NCBI GenBank assembly: GCA_963816355.1
Contig: CAWFKH010000004.1
Location: 288,001-352,000 of the forward strand
Direction of reading: 5' to 3'
DNA: 64,000 bases
Source: an uncultured Gemmatimonadales bacterium
Lineage (GTDB): Bacteria; Gemmatimonadota; Gemmatimonadetes; Longimicrobiales; RSA9
Below the pieces are notes generated by a model. That model made no database searches. It saw only the letters and a list, made by a program, of their open reading frames with translations, and was not told the DNA's origin. Of this stretch, positions 23,203 through 32,639 are shown piece after piece. Position 1 is the stretch's first letter. Each line of letters opens with the position of its first letter. Made by a program: the position numbers and the translations under genes.

Positions 23203-23447
23203 TCTCGCGGAGGGCGCGGCGGGTTTTCACGCGGAGTGCGCGGAGGCCGCGGAGGGGGGACCGGCGTAACGCAGCGTGCATGGCACGGCCTGCACTACAT
23301 TCCTCGGGGGTTCTTCGGCTGCGAACGGGCGTCGCGCGAGGAGACCCCAACAGAAGACCGGCGGCTTCAGTGCGACGCCGCTCGCCACACGCGGCGACGC
23401 CGCCCGGCGACGAACCCGACCGCGCCCTCCGCGCCCTCCGCGTGAAA
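23203..23447. repeat. MITE-like intergenic element with ~28-bp terminal inverted repeats (copy 1)
   Basis: tttcacgcggagtgcgcggaggccgcgg (23225-23252) is the imperfect inverted repeat of ccgcgccctccgcgccctccgcgtgaaa (23420-23447). The internal sequence is shared with 29399-29570. Confidence 0.7.
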
Positions 23448-23692
23448 CAACCTCACCGGCAACCCCGTTCCGCCGCGACCGATGCAAAGCTCCGGACTGC
23501 AAGCCGCGCCGACGTCGGCCGAGTGACAGCGGCCGGCTGGAGGAGGCCCTGTGGAGCCGCGGTCGCCAGGGGCGTGGCGGCTTCAACCCGCTGTGGAGGC
23601 GCGTCGAGGTGCGGGCCGGGACGGAGGAGCGGCGGGGCGTCGGATGAGGGAACATGACGGATCGGCGGCGGGTTACAGGCGGTGTACGCGCG

Positions 23693-23707
23693 TGGTACAG
23701 CGCTTGC
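23693..23707 (+). promoter_or_regulatory. Sigma54-type promoter
   Basis: TGGTACAGCGCTTGC (GG-N10-GC), about 95 bp upstream of the Omp85-family gene. Confidence 0.55.
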
Positions 23708-23800
23708 GCGCCAGCGCCGGCGCGCCTTCCGGGCCGGCATGGGAGCCTGCCTTTCCGGCGTCGGCGCTCGACGGTGCGACTTCAGCCACGACGAGGCAGC

Positions 23801-26800
23801 ATGCCGATCCGCTCGCAGTACCGCCCGACGCTCCTCGTCGCGGCGCTCCTCGCTCTCGCGCTGATGCCGGCGCGGGCGCACGCGCAGTACTTCGGCCGCA
23901 ACCAGGTGCAATACGAGGATTTCGACTTCCATATCCTGAGCACCGAGCATTTCAACGTCTACTACTATCCGTCGGAGCGGGAGGTCGCAGAGGACGCGGC
24001 GCGGATGGCGGAGCGGTGGTACTCGCGGCTTTCGGACGCGTTCCAGCACGCATTCCAGGACAAGAAGCCGATCATCCTGTACGCGAACCACGCGGATTTC
24101 GAGCAGACGAACGTGCCGGTGGGCTCGACGGATCAGAGCATCGGCGGCGTGACGGAGCCGATCAAGGACCGGGTGGTGATCCCGCTGGCGTGGACGTATT
24201 CGGACGACGACCACGTGATGGGGCACGAGTTGACGCACGCGTTTCAGTTCGACATCGCGAAGTCGCAGACGGGGCCGGGTCTGGCGGCGCTGAACCGGGT
24301 GCCGGGGTGGATGATCGAAGGGATGGCGGAGTACCTGTCGTTGGGGCGGGTGGACGCGAACACGACGATGTGGCTGCGGGACGCGGTTCTGCACGACAAG
24401 TTCCCGACGATCGACGATCTGCTGAACACGGGGAAGTTCTTTCCGTACCGCTACGGCGAAGCGCTGTGGGCGTACATCGGTGGGAAGTACGGGGACCGCG
24501 CGGTGCCGGCGCTGTTCGGGTTCGCGACGCAGCAGGGTCTGGATGCGGCGGCGCAGCGGGTGCTCGGGCTGACGCTGGATTCGCTGTCGGCGAGATGGGT
24601 GGCGGAGACGAAGGTGGAAGAGCAGAAGGTGATCGCGGACCGGACGAATCCGGACAGCGTCGGCTATCTGCTCGCGGGACCGAACAAGCACAAGGTGGGG
24701 CGGCAGAACCTGTCGCCGGCGCTGAGCCCGGACGGTCGGCTGGTGGCGTTCATTTCGGAGCGGGGCCTGTTCGCGTTCGACCTGTACGTCGCGAACGCGG
24801 AGACGGGTGAGATCGTGCAGCGCCTAACGAGCTCGGCGACGAATCCGCATTTCGACGCGCTCAGCTTCATGAACTCGTCCGGCTCCTTCTCGCCGGATTC
24901 GCGGCAGTTCGCGACGGTCGTGCTGAAGGGTGGCGACCAGAAGGTCGTGATCCTGAACGTGGATGGTGGGGGCGTGCAGCGTACGCTGAAGACGGACGAC
25001 ATCGGTGCGATCGGCGATCCGGCGTGGTCGCCCGATGGCAAGGCGATCGTCTTCTCGGGCAACAAGGGCGGGATCACGGACCTGTACCTCTACGACCTGG
25101 GCACGGACGAGCTGCGGCAGCTGACGCGGGGCCGGGAGACGGAGTTGCAGCCGCAGTGGTCGCCGGACGGGACGCTGATCGCGTACGCGACGGATGCCGG
25201 CGAGGGGACGGACTTCCAGCGCCTGACGTACGCACCGATCGGCATCGACATCATGGACGTCGCGACGGGACGGACGCGGCACCTCAACCTCTTCCCGCAC
25301 ACCAAGAACATCAATCCGCACTTCGCGCCGGACGGCCGGAGCGTCTACTTCGTCTCCGATCCGGACGGCGTTCCGGACGTATTCCGTTTCGAGCTGTCCA
25401 CCGGCCGCGTGTTCCGCGTGACGAACATCGCGACGGGTGTGAGCGGGATCACGGCGCTGTCGCCGACGCTCGGGGTGGCGCGCGACGAAGGGCGGCTGGC
25501 GTTCTCCGTCTTCAACAACCAGGGCTACGACATCCGCGGCATGACGCCGGCGGAGGCGCAGGGCGAGTTGATGGAGACGGTGCAGACGGTGGCGACGGCG
25601 CCGGCCGCGGCGATGCCCCCGGTCAAGTCGGCGCAGGAGGGCCTGGTGCAGGACTACCTGCGCGACCCGGCGACCGGGTTGCCGGTGGCGTCGAGCTTCG
25701 AGGTGAAGCCGTACAGATCGCGCCTCGGGCTGGACCTGATCGGGCCGCCGTCGATCGGCGTGGCGACTTCGAGCTTCGGCACCGGTCTGGCGGGGGGCGT
25801 CTCCGCGTACTTCAGCGACATGCTGGGGAACAAGCAGCTCGGCGTCGCGCTGCAGGCGAACGGGACGGTGAAGGACATCGGCGGGCTCGCGCAGTACGTG
25901 AACCTGGACCACCGGTGGAACTGGGGCGCGGTGGTGGGGCACATTCCGTATCTGCAGATCTTCCGCGGAGTGCAGCTGACGGATCAGCCGGGGGTGGTGG
26001 AGGTTCAGGACCTGCGAAGCCGCATCTTCGTCGACCAGGCGCAGGGGCTGCTGCAGTACCCGTTCTCGCAGAGCCGGCGACTGGAGCTGACAGGCGGATA
26101 CACGCGCTACAGCTACGACTTCGAGGTGAACCGTCTGCTGGTGGCGAGCAACGGCCAGGTGATCGGCCAGCAGCGGACGTCGGCCCCCTCCTGCTCCGCC
26201 GACCCGCAGGAGATCGCTCAGTTCGGCTTCTGCGCCCCGGATCCGCTGAACCTGTTCCAGGCGGCCGTCGCGTACGTGGGTGACAACAGCGTCTTCGGCT
26301 TCACCTCGCCGATCCAGGGCGAGCGCTTCCGCTTCGAAGTCTCTCCGACCGTCGGCACGCTGCAGTACATGACGGGGCTCGCCGACTTCCGGCACTACTT
26401 CTTCTCGAGCCCGGTCACCGTCGCCGTTCGCGGCTACCACTACGGCCGTTACGGCCGGGACGCGGACCGGGATTCGATCCTGGGCCCGCTCTTCCTCGGC
26501 TACGAGTGGCTGGTGCGCGGCTACGACTACTACTCGTTCTCGCCCTCGGAGTGCGGCGCGCCGGCGCAGTCCGCGAACTCCTTCACGGGCTGCCCCGTGA
26601 TCGACCAGCTATTCGGCTCGCGGATCGCCGTGGCCAACCTGGAAGTGCGGGTGCCGCTGCTCGGCGTCGAGCAGTTCGGCCTGATCAACTTCCCGTATCT
26701 GCCGACGGAGCTGAGCGCGTTCGTCGACGCCGGGCTCGCCTGGAGCCACGACAACCCGGCGCGTCTGGCATGGGTGCGCGACCTGTCGCAGTTGCACTGT

Positions 26801-26989
26801 CAGACGCCGGCGGGCGGATCGGGGGGCTCGATCCAGGGGACGTGCGAGCACGCGCCGGTGGTGAGCACCGGCGTCAGCGCCCGCATGAACGTGCTCGGGT
26901 TCCTCGTGCTCGAGGCATACTACGCCTACCCGTTCCAGCGCACCGAGAAGGGCTGGCACTGGGGATTCAATCTGACCCCGGGCTGGTGA
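23801..26989 (+). CDS. Omp85/BamA-TamA family barrel fused to a zinc-peptidase-like domain and PD40 (TolB-like) repeats
   Basis: Signal peptide ending AHA|Q, HELTH...WMIEGMAEY zincin motif, repeated PxWSPDG, barrel VRGY motif, C-terminal aromatic FNLTPGW. Confidence 0.85.
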   Translation: MPIRSQYRPTLLVAALLALALMPARAHAQYFGRNQVQYEDFDFHILSTEHFNVYYYPSEREVAEDAARMAERWYSRLSDAFQHAFQDKKPIILYANHADFEQTNVPVGSTDQSIGGVTEPIKDRVVIPLAWTYSDDDHVMGHELTHAFQFDIAKSQTGPGLAALNRVPGWMIEGMAEYLSLGRVDANTTMWLRDAVLHDKFPTIDDLLNTGKFFPYRYGEALWAYIGGKYGDRAVPALFGFATQQGLDAAAQRVLGLTLDSLSARWVAETKVEEQKVIADRTNPDSVGYLLAGPNKHKVGRQNLSPALSPDGRLVAFISERGLFAFDLYVANAETGEIVQRLTSSATNPHFDALSFMNSSGSFSPDSRQFATVVLKGGDQKVVILNVDGGGVQRTLKTDDIGAIGDPAWSPDGKAIVFSGNKGGITDLYLYDLGTDELRQLTRGRETELQPQWSPDGTLIAYATDAGEGTDFQRLTYAPIGIDIMDVATGRTRHLNLFPHTKNINPHFAPDGRSVYFVSDPDGVPDVFRFELSTGRVFRVTNIATGVSGITALSPTLGVARDEGRLAFSVFNNQGYDIRGMTPAEAQGELMETVQTVATAPAAAMPPVKSAQEGLVQDYLRDPATGLPVASSFEVKPYRSRLGLDLIGPPSIGVATSSFGTGLAGGVSAYFSDMLGNKQLGVALQANGTVKDIGGLAQYVNLDHRWNWGAVVGHIPYLQIFRGVQLTDQPGVVEVQDLRSRIFVDQAQGLLQYPFSQSRRLELTGGYTRYSYDFEVNRLLVASNGQVIGQQRTSAPSCSADPQEIAQFGFCAPDPLNLFQAAVAYVGDNSVFGFTSPIQGERFRFEVSPTVGTLQYMTGLADFRHYFFSSPVTVAVRGYHYGRYGRDADRDSILGPLFLGYEWLVRGYDYYSFSPSECGAPAQSANSFTGCPVIDQLFGSRIAVANLEVRVPLLGVEQFGLINFPYLPTELSAFVDAGLAWSHDNPARLAWVRDLSQLHCQTPAGGSGGSIQGTCEHAPVVSTGVSARMNVLGFLVLEAYYAYPFQRTEKGWHWGFNLTPGW

Positions 26990-27007
26990 GTCGAACGCCG
27001 GCCGGGG

Positions 27008-27037
27008 AGGGGCGGCGCCGCGGCGCCGCCCCTTTTT
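27008..27037 (+). terminator. Rho-independent terminator
   Basis: aggggcggcgcc-gc-ggcgccgcccct hairpin followed by a T run, 19 bp after the stop. Confidence 0.75.
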
Positions 27038-27090
27038 GTGCGTGACGGCGCCGGGATCGGAGCCGCCACGCCCCGGGTTGGCCGCCGCGC

Positions 27091-28407
27091 TCAGAGCAGA
27101 CGCGCGATCAGGGCGGAGACGCGCTCGCGGATCCGCTCCACGATCGACCGCGAGGCGAAGCGGTTGAGCTCGACCTCGCTGGCGTAGCGGAGGTCGTCGG
27201 CGAAGATCGAGTCGAGCGTGGCGCCGAGGTGCTCGTCCTGCACGGCGAGGACGACCTCGTTGTTGAGGGCGAGGGATCGGTTGTCGAAGTTCATGGTGCC
27301 CACCAGGTTCCAGACGCCATCGGCGACGAGCGTCTTCGCGTGGAGCATGCTCGGCCCGTACTCGAAGACGCGCACGCCGCCGCGGAGCAGCTCCTCGTAG
27401 TGATCGCGGCCGGCGTAGCGGGTCAGCGGGACGTCGACGTGCTCGCCCGGCACGAGGACGCGCACGTCGACGCCGCGCCGTGCGGCGTGGACGAGGAGGC
27501 GGCGGAAGTCGTCGTCGGGTACGAAGTAGGCCGTGGTGACGTAGAGTGTGCGGCGCGCGCCGATGATCGAGAGGGCGAGGAGGCGTTCGGCGTCGGTGCT
27601 CCCGAGCGCCGGCACGGAATGGACGAGGGCGGCGCGCGCCGTCGTGGCCGGAGGGGAGGTGTCGGATCCCGTCGGAAAGAAGAGGGGGCCGGCGAGCAGC
27701 TCGCCGGTGGCCTCGATCCAGTTGGTGAGGAAGGCCGCCTGGAGGCGGCGCGCCGCGGGCCCGGTGAAGCGCACTTCGGTGTCGCGCCACGATCCGGCGT
27801 GGCGACCGTCGCCGAGCCACATGTCGGCGATGCCGAGCCCGCCGGTCCACGCGACGCGGCCGTCGACGACGATGGCGCGGACGTGGGCGCGCTGCTGCGC
27901 TTTGTGCAGGGTGTACCAGCGGACGGGCCGGAAGGGCGCGACGCGTACGCCGGCGGCGCGCAGCCGGTCGAAGTAGGCGTCGCCGAGGGGGCCGGCGCCG
28001 AAGGCGTCGTAGAGGAAGAAGACGCGGACGCCCGCGCGAGCGCGCTCGGCGAGCGTGGCGGCGAGGTGGTCGGCGACACGGCCGGGCTCGGCGTAGTAGA
28101 TTTCGATGGTGAGGAGCTCGCGCGCGGAGCGGAGGTCGGCCCACAGGCGCTCGAAGGTCGAATCGCCGCGGGTGTAGAGCTCGGCCGAGGGGAGCGGCTG
28201 CAGCTCGGAGCCCGTGAAGAGCGAGAACGTCTCGGCGAATTCCGGCTGGGAGACCGCCGGCGGTCTGCCGTGGCCGCCGACGACGGCGACGTAGCTCAGC
28301 GGCGTGCCGCGCGTGACGAGCAGCATGCCGAGCACGGCGAAGAAGCAGAGGAGGCCGCCGACGAGCACGAGGATGGCGACCTTGCCGGGACCCAGGGCGA
28401 GGATCAT
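27091..28407 (-). CDS. Cardiolipin synthase (ClsB-like, phospholipase D family)
   Basis: Two PLD motifs, HVRAIVVDG (K replaced by R) and HAKTLVADG; WRDT; NFDNRSL. Confidence 0.85.
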   Translation of the reverse strand: MILALGPGKVAILVLVGGLLCFFAVLGMLLVTRGTPLSYVAVVGGHGRPPAVSQPEFAETFSLFTGSELQPLPSAELYTRGDSTFERLWADLRSARELLTIEIYYAEPGRVADHLAATLAERARAGVRVFFLYDAFGAGPLGDAYFDRLRAAGVRVAPFRPVRWYTLHKAQQRAHVRAIVVDGRVAWTGGLGIADMWLGDGRHAGSWRDTEVRFTGPAARRLQAAFLTNWIEATGELLAGPLFFPTGSDTSPPATTARAALVHSVPALGSTDAERLLALSIIGARRTLYVTTAYFVPDDDFRRLLVHAARRGVDVRVLVPGEHVDVPLTRYAGRDHYEELLRGGVRVFEYGPSMLHAKTLVADGVWNLVGTMNFDNRSLALNNEVVLAVQDEHLGATLDSIFADDLRYASEVELNRFASRSIVERIRERVSALIARLL

Positions 28408-28444
28408 GGGCGACGGCGAAGCGCGTCTTGCGCGGCGCGAATGC

Positions 28445-28459
28445 TGGCATAACGATTGC
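28445..28459 (+). promoter_or_regulatory. Sigma54 promoter
   Basis: TGGCATAACGATTGC, near-consensus, about 70 bp upstream of 28531. Confidence 0.7.
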
Positions 28460-28530
28460 CGCCCAGGAACGAAAAGCGATCCCGCGGCGGCGCGGCGCCC
28501 GCGTGCCGTCCCCGAAGAGGAGCGATCCCC

Positions 28531-28995
28531 ATGGCCACGCAGCCACGCCCGACCCCGGACCCGCAGCATCTGCTCCCCGCCGCGGGCACGGAGGACGAGA
28601 GTCTCGGCCGCCTCGTCCGCGAGCTGGCCGGCGACCTGCGCGACCTGCTGCGCCAGGAGGTCGACCTCGCCAAGGCGGAGCTGCGCGAGTCGGTGCGGGC
28701 GGTCACGGTCGACACGGCGAAGATCGGCTTCGCCATCGGGCTCGCGCTCGCGGGCGGGCTCTCCATGCTCGTCTTCATGATCCTGGGCATCGGCTCCCTC
28801 CTCGGCGGCGCCTACTGGGCCGGCGCGCTCATCACCGGCGGCGTCCTGCTGCTCGTGGGCGGCCTGCTGACCGGCAGCGCCATCGAGGACCTGAAGAAGC
28901 GGTCCCGGCCGAAGGAGACGGTCCGCACGCTCCGCGAGGACGGCCGCTTCGCCAAGACGGAGGCGAAGCAACTCAAGGACCGCGTCGTCGGCTGA
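28531..28995 (+). CDS. YqjE / phage_holin_3_6-type small membrane protein
   Basis: SLGRLVREL...LLRQEVDLAKAEL, two TM helices, PKETVRTLRED. Confidence 0.8.
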   Translation: MATQPRPTPDPQHLLPAAGTEDESLGRLVRELAGDLRDLLRQEVDLAKAELRESVRAVTVDTAKIGFAIGLALAGGLSMLVFMILGIGSLLGGAYWAGALITGGVLLLVGGLLTGSAIEDLKKRSRPKETVRTLREDGRFAKTEAKQLKDRVVG

Positions 28996-29042
28996 CACAC
29001 GCGCGACGATTTCGAGCACCGCGACACGAAAGAGGAAGAACC

Positions 29043-29354
29043 ATGCCGGAGAACGAGGTGGGTCCCGAGACGGGTGGCGTCGTACGGGCGCAGGCGGGGG
29101 AGCGGCTCGAGCAGGCGGCGGAGGCGATCCACGGCGCGGCGCGCCGCATCGCGGACAAGGGAGGCGCGGCCGCGCGCGTCGCACCCGCCGCTCACCGCGT
29201 GGGGTCCGGCTTCGAGAACGCCGCCGAGTACGTTCGCGCGCGCGACGCGGTCGAGATGCGACGCGACGTGGAGGCGACCGTGCGCGCCAACCCGCTCCGC
29301 TCGCTCGCGGTGGCGGTCGTCGCCGGCTACTTCGTGGGACGGATCCTGCGCTAG
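29043..29354 (+). CDS. ElaB/YqjD (DUF883)-like tail-anchored protein
   Basis: Helical body ending VRANPLRSLAVAVVAGYFVGRILR. Confidence 0.75.
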   Translation: MPENEVGPETGGVVRAQAGERLEQAAEAIHGAARRIADKGGAAARVAPAAHRVGSGFENAAEYVRARDAVEMRRDVEATVRANPLRSLAVAVVAGYFVGRILR

Positions 29355-29398
29355 GGCAGCGCCTCGCCCCGGCCAGGGAAGCGCGGCGGGCGCGCCCC

Positions 29399-29690
29399 TT
29401 CTCGCGGAGGGCGCGGGGTGCTTTCACGCGGAGGGCGCGGGGTGCTTTTCACGCGGAGGGCGCGGAGGCCGCGGAGGTGGACCGGCGTCGCGCGACGTGC
29501 GCGGCACGGCCTGCATCCTGTTCTGGGGGGTTCTTCGGCTGCGAAACGCCGCTTTGCCACACTGCGGCGAACCCACCTGGCGGAGACCGCTGTCTGTACT
29601 GGCGGCCGGAGGCCTGCGGCACTGCGGGCCGGAGGCCTGCGACACTGCGGGCCGCAGGCGCGCGCGACACCGCGGGCCGGGGGCGCGCTC
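29399..29690. repeat. MITE-like intergenic element (copy 2) with internal tandem repeats
   Basis: About 2.5 tandem 24-25-bp units cgcggagggcgcggggtgcttt(t)ca; a core shared with copy 1 (ggcacggcctgca...gggggttcttcggctgcgaa); 23-bp tandem ggccggaggcctgcgRcactgcg from about 29604. Confidence 0.7.
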
Positions 29691-29692
29691 GA

Positions 29693-30946
29693 CTAGCGGC
29701 CGGGAGCGAGCGCGACGCTGCGGTCGCGGGTGTCGATGAAGTGCACAGGCGTCCCCTCGCCCACCACGTGCCCCAGCAGGTCGGCGTCCCAGTTGGTCAG
29801 GCGGACGCAGCCGTGGGAGGTGACGTAGCCGATCGTCTCCGGCGCGCTGGTTCCGTGGATGCCGTAGTGCGGCTTCGAGAGCTGCATCCACACGATGCCG
29901 ACGGCGTTGTTCGGGCCCGGCGGCAGCATGGCGTCCTCCTTCCAGTCCGGCTCGCCCGTGAGAAGCTCCGGGTCGTAGTGCCACTTGGGGTCCCAGGTGA
30001 TCGACTTGACGGTGAACTTGCCGTCGGGCGACGGCGCGTAGCGCGAGCCGAGTGTCGACGGGAAGTGGTAGAGCAGACGTCCGCTCGCGTCGACCGCGTG
30101 GATGTAGTGGCCGCCGTCGGAGATGACGATGCGCGCGACGTCGCCGGCCGCGCGCGTCGTCGAGTCACGCACGGCCGGCACCACGATGCGGTCACCGGCC
30201 GAGAGGCCATCCAGAGAGACGCCCGGGTTGAGCCGGCCCAGCAGCTCGCGCGAGGTGTGGAAGCGCTCGGCCAGCTTCTCGCCGAGCGAGCCGTAGCAGA
30301 GGCACTCCAGCTCCGCCTGGTCGTAGATGTCGGAGGGGATGTCGACGAACGGGCCGCGCACGTCCGCGGCGCTCAGGCGGTGCGTCTCGACGGCGTCACC
30401 CGGCCGCCCGCCGAGCTGCGTCAGGCGGTCGAAGGTCGGACGGTCCACCTCTCCCGTGGCCTCGAGCCCCTCCCGCCGCTGTAGCCAGTAGACCGCCTTC
30501 GAGGTGTTGCGGCCCCAGCGGCCGTCCACGATCCCCGGCGAGAAGAACGCGCGGTCGAGCAGGATCTGCACCGTCGCGATCGACGGTCCGGCCACGTCGC
30601 CCTCGATCGGCAGGTGGATCGTCCCGCGCCGCATGCTCGTGCGCGAGATGTCCTCCCAGCTCTCGGGGTACGGCGCCGTGTCCGGCGCCACGGCGTCGAC
30701 CTGCACGTAGCGCCGCCAGTCCTCGACCAACCGCTCGCTGTCGAGCTGGGCGGCGGGGAGCGTCGCGTTGCCGCTGCCGAACGCGTCCGCCACGCCCGGT
30801 GCGAGGCCGCCGGAGGCCTCCGCCGCGGGCGCCGCGCCCTGGCGGCTCGCCGCGTCGGCCTCGCCGTGCCGCGGCGCGCCCGCGGAGCACGCGATGGCGA
30901 GGCTGGCGAGGGAGAGCGGCAGCATTCTGGCGAAGCGCATTGGCAT
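29693..30946 (-). CDS. L,D-transpeptidase lipoprotein (PG-binding + LysM + YkuD)
   Basis: LAIAC lipobox, DGRWGRNT PG-binding motif, LAERFHTS...LNP LysM, GIHGT...SHGCVRL. Confidence 0.9.
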   Translation of the reverse strand: MPMRFARMLPLSLASLAIACSAGAPRHGEADAASRQGAAPAAEASGGLAPGVADAFGSGNATLPAAQLDSERLVEDWRRYVQVDAVAPDTAPYPESWEDISRTSMRRGTIHLPIEGDVAGPSIATVQILLDRAFFSPGIVDGRWGRNTSKAVYWLQRREGLEATGEVDRPTFDRLTQLGGRPGDAVETHRLSAADVRGPFVDIPSDIYDQAELECLCYGSLGEKLAERFHTSRELLGRLNPGVSLDGLSAGDRIVVPAVRDSTTRAAGDVARIVISDGGHYIHAVDASGRLLYHFPSTLGSRYAPSPDGKFTVKSITWDPKWHYDPELLTGEPDWKEDAMLPPGPNNAVGIVWMQLSKPHYGIHGTSAPETIGYVTSHGCVRLTNWDADLLGHVVGEGTPVHFIDTRDRSVALAPGR

Positions 30947-30998
30947 CCTTCATCAGGGTGTCACATAACGAGTTACATGGCGTCAACGTCCGTCATAG

Positions 30999-31013
30999 GC
31001 AATCACCGTGCCG
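30999..31013 (-). promoter_or_regulatory. Sigma54 promoter
   Basis: Minus strand CGGCACGGTGATTGC, about 53 bp upstream of the L,D-transpeptidase. Confidence 0.7.
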
Positions 31014-31042
31014 GGACCGGGAAGGTCACCGGATGCGGCCGC

Positions 31043-32452
31043 TCAGCGCGCCGTCAAGGGAACGAGGGTCCCGGTGGCGGAGCGGGCGCCGATTTCGGCG
31101 GCGTGGACGGCGTAGAGCGCATCGACGTAAGCGCTGCGCGCCTGGACGAGCCCTTCTTCGGAGGTGATCACGTCGAGGCTGCCGGTGAGACCGTCGCGGT
31201 AACGCTCCTCGGCCTGGTCCAACTCGAGGCGGGCGAGCTGGAGACGTTCGCGAGTGGTGGCGAGGGCGGAGCGTGCGGTGGCGAGCGCCGCGGCGGCGTC
31301 GCGGGCGTCGGCTTCGACGGCGAGGCGGGCGTCGCGGCCCTGGGCCTCGGCCTCGCGGAGCAGGGCGGTGCGCTCGTCGAGGCGAGCGCCGCGGCGGCCG
31401 CCGTTCCAGGCGTTCCAGGTGAGCTGGAGGGCGAGGGTCTGGGTGGCGATGGCGTCGCCGAAGTGGCGGCCGTCGTAGCCGTAGTCACCGGCGACGGTGA
31501 GGCGGGGCGCGACCTCGAGGCGCTCGGCGCGCAGGTTCTGGCGGGCGGCGTCGACGGAGCCGCTGACGGCGCGCAGCTCGGGGCGGTTGGCGAGGGCGAG
31601 CGAGACGAGGGAGTCGGGGTCGGCGCTCAGCGACGTCGCCGGGGCGCCCAGGGTGTCGACCTCGATGGCGCGGCCGAGCGGCTCTCCCATGGACCGGAGA
31701 AGCGCGACGCGTCCGCGGTCAACGGTGCCGCTCGCCTCGGTGAAGGCAGTGCGGGCGGCGGCGAGGCGGACGCGGGCGCGGGTGATGTCGATGGCGGTGG
31801 CGACGCCGGCGTCCTTGCGCTGCTGCGCGATGTCGAGCAGCCGGCGTGCGAGGAGGGTGTCGGCGGCGCGCGCGCGCAGGAGCGATTCGCCGCGCGCGAG
31901 CGAAAGGTAGGCGCCGGCGGCGGCCGCCGCCGCGTCGAGCTCGGCGGTCTGGATCGAGGCGGCGGCCGCCGTCCGGTTCTCCTTCGCGGCGCCGAGGCGG
32001 GCCCAGGCGGAGGCGTCGAGGAGCGTCATCTCACCCGTCAGGCGGGCGTCGGCGACGGTGAACGGGCCGATCTTCTTCGGGATCGACGGGACTCCCGGGG
32101 TCTGCGGAAAATCGAAGCCGAACGACTCGCTGTTGAGCGACTGGCGGACATCTCTCGCGGTGGCGCCGAGCTGCGGGAGCAGGTCGCTGCGCGCCTCACC
32201 GACGCGGGCCGCGGCCGCCGCGGCGCGCGCGGCGGCGGCGGCCGTACGGGGGGCGTGGCGTCGGGCCGCCGTCATCGCCGCCTCGAGCGTCACGCGTACG
32301 GCATCCGTCGAGTCTGGCCGCTGGGCGGAGAGCGGTCGTGCGGTGCCGAGCGAAAGTGCGAGGACGACCAGGCCTGCGCTCGCGCGCGCGGCCGCCGTGC
32401 GGAAGGGAGGTCCAGAGACGGGTACCGACGATCCATATCGCACGAGTCGCAT
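31043..32452 (-). CDS. TolC family outer membrane efflux protein
   Basis: ARSDLLPQL, AGVATAIDITRARV, ALANRPEL, ERYRDGLTGSLDV. Start uncertain. Confidence 0.88.
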   Translation of the reverse strand: MRLVRYGSSVPVSGPPFRTAAARASAGLVVLALSLGTARPLSAQRPDSTDAVRVTLEAAMTAARRHAPRTAAAAARAAAAAARVGEARSDLLPQLGATARDVRQSLNSESFGFDFPQTPGVPSIPKKIGPFTVADARLTGEMTLLDASAWARLGAAKENRTAAAASIQTAELDAAAAAAGAYLSLARGESLLRARAADTLLARRLLDIAQQRKDAGVATAIDITRARVRLAAARTAFTEASGTVDRGRVALLRSMGEPLGRAIEVDTLGAPATSLSADPDSLVSLALANRPELRAVSGSVDAARQNLRAERLEVAPRLTVAGDYGYDGRHFGDAIATQTLALQLTWNAWNGGRRGARLDERTALLREAEAQGRDARLAVEADARDAAAALATARSALATTRERLQLARLELDQAEERYRDGLTGSLDVITSEEGLVQARSAYVDALYAVHAAEIGARSATGTLVPLTAR

Positions 32453-32639
32453 GCCTCGATTTCGGAGTGCAGGTGCGGCGGCTTGCCGGGTCCTCGCAGG
32501 TGCGGCGGGCGGCGTCGCCCCGCCGCGGCGGTTTCTCCCCGCCCGCGAAGTAGTAGCCGCGGCGCCGGGGATGTCAACCGCGGGCGGCGTCGCGCGAGCG
32601 CCGGCCGCCGGCTGAGGCGGCGCGAGCGAGCGCCGGCCG

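Noticed and set aside
23281..23296. TGGCACGGCCTGC within the repeat as a sigma54 promoter
   Set aside because: The GG-to-GC spacing is 8 nt rather than the required 10.
28531..28995. Holin-family match as evidence of a prophage
   Set aside because: There are no phage genes nearby. The YqjE-like plus ElaB-like pair is a common chromosomal arrangement.
29399..29690. Short repeats as a CRISPR array
   Set aside because: The units are directly tandem with no unique spacers, and no cas genes are present.
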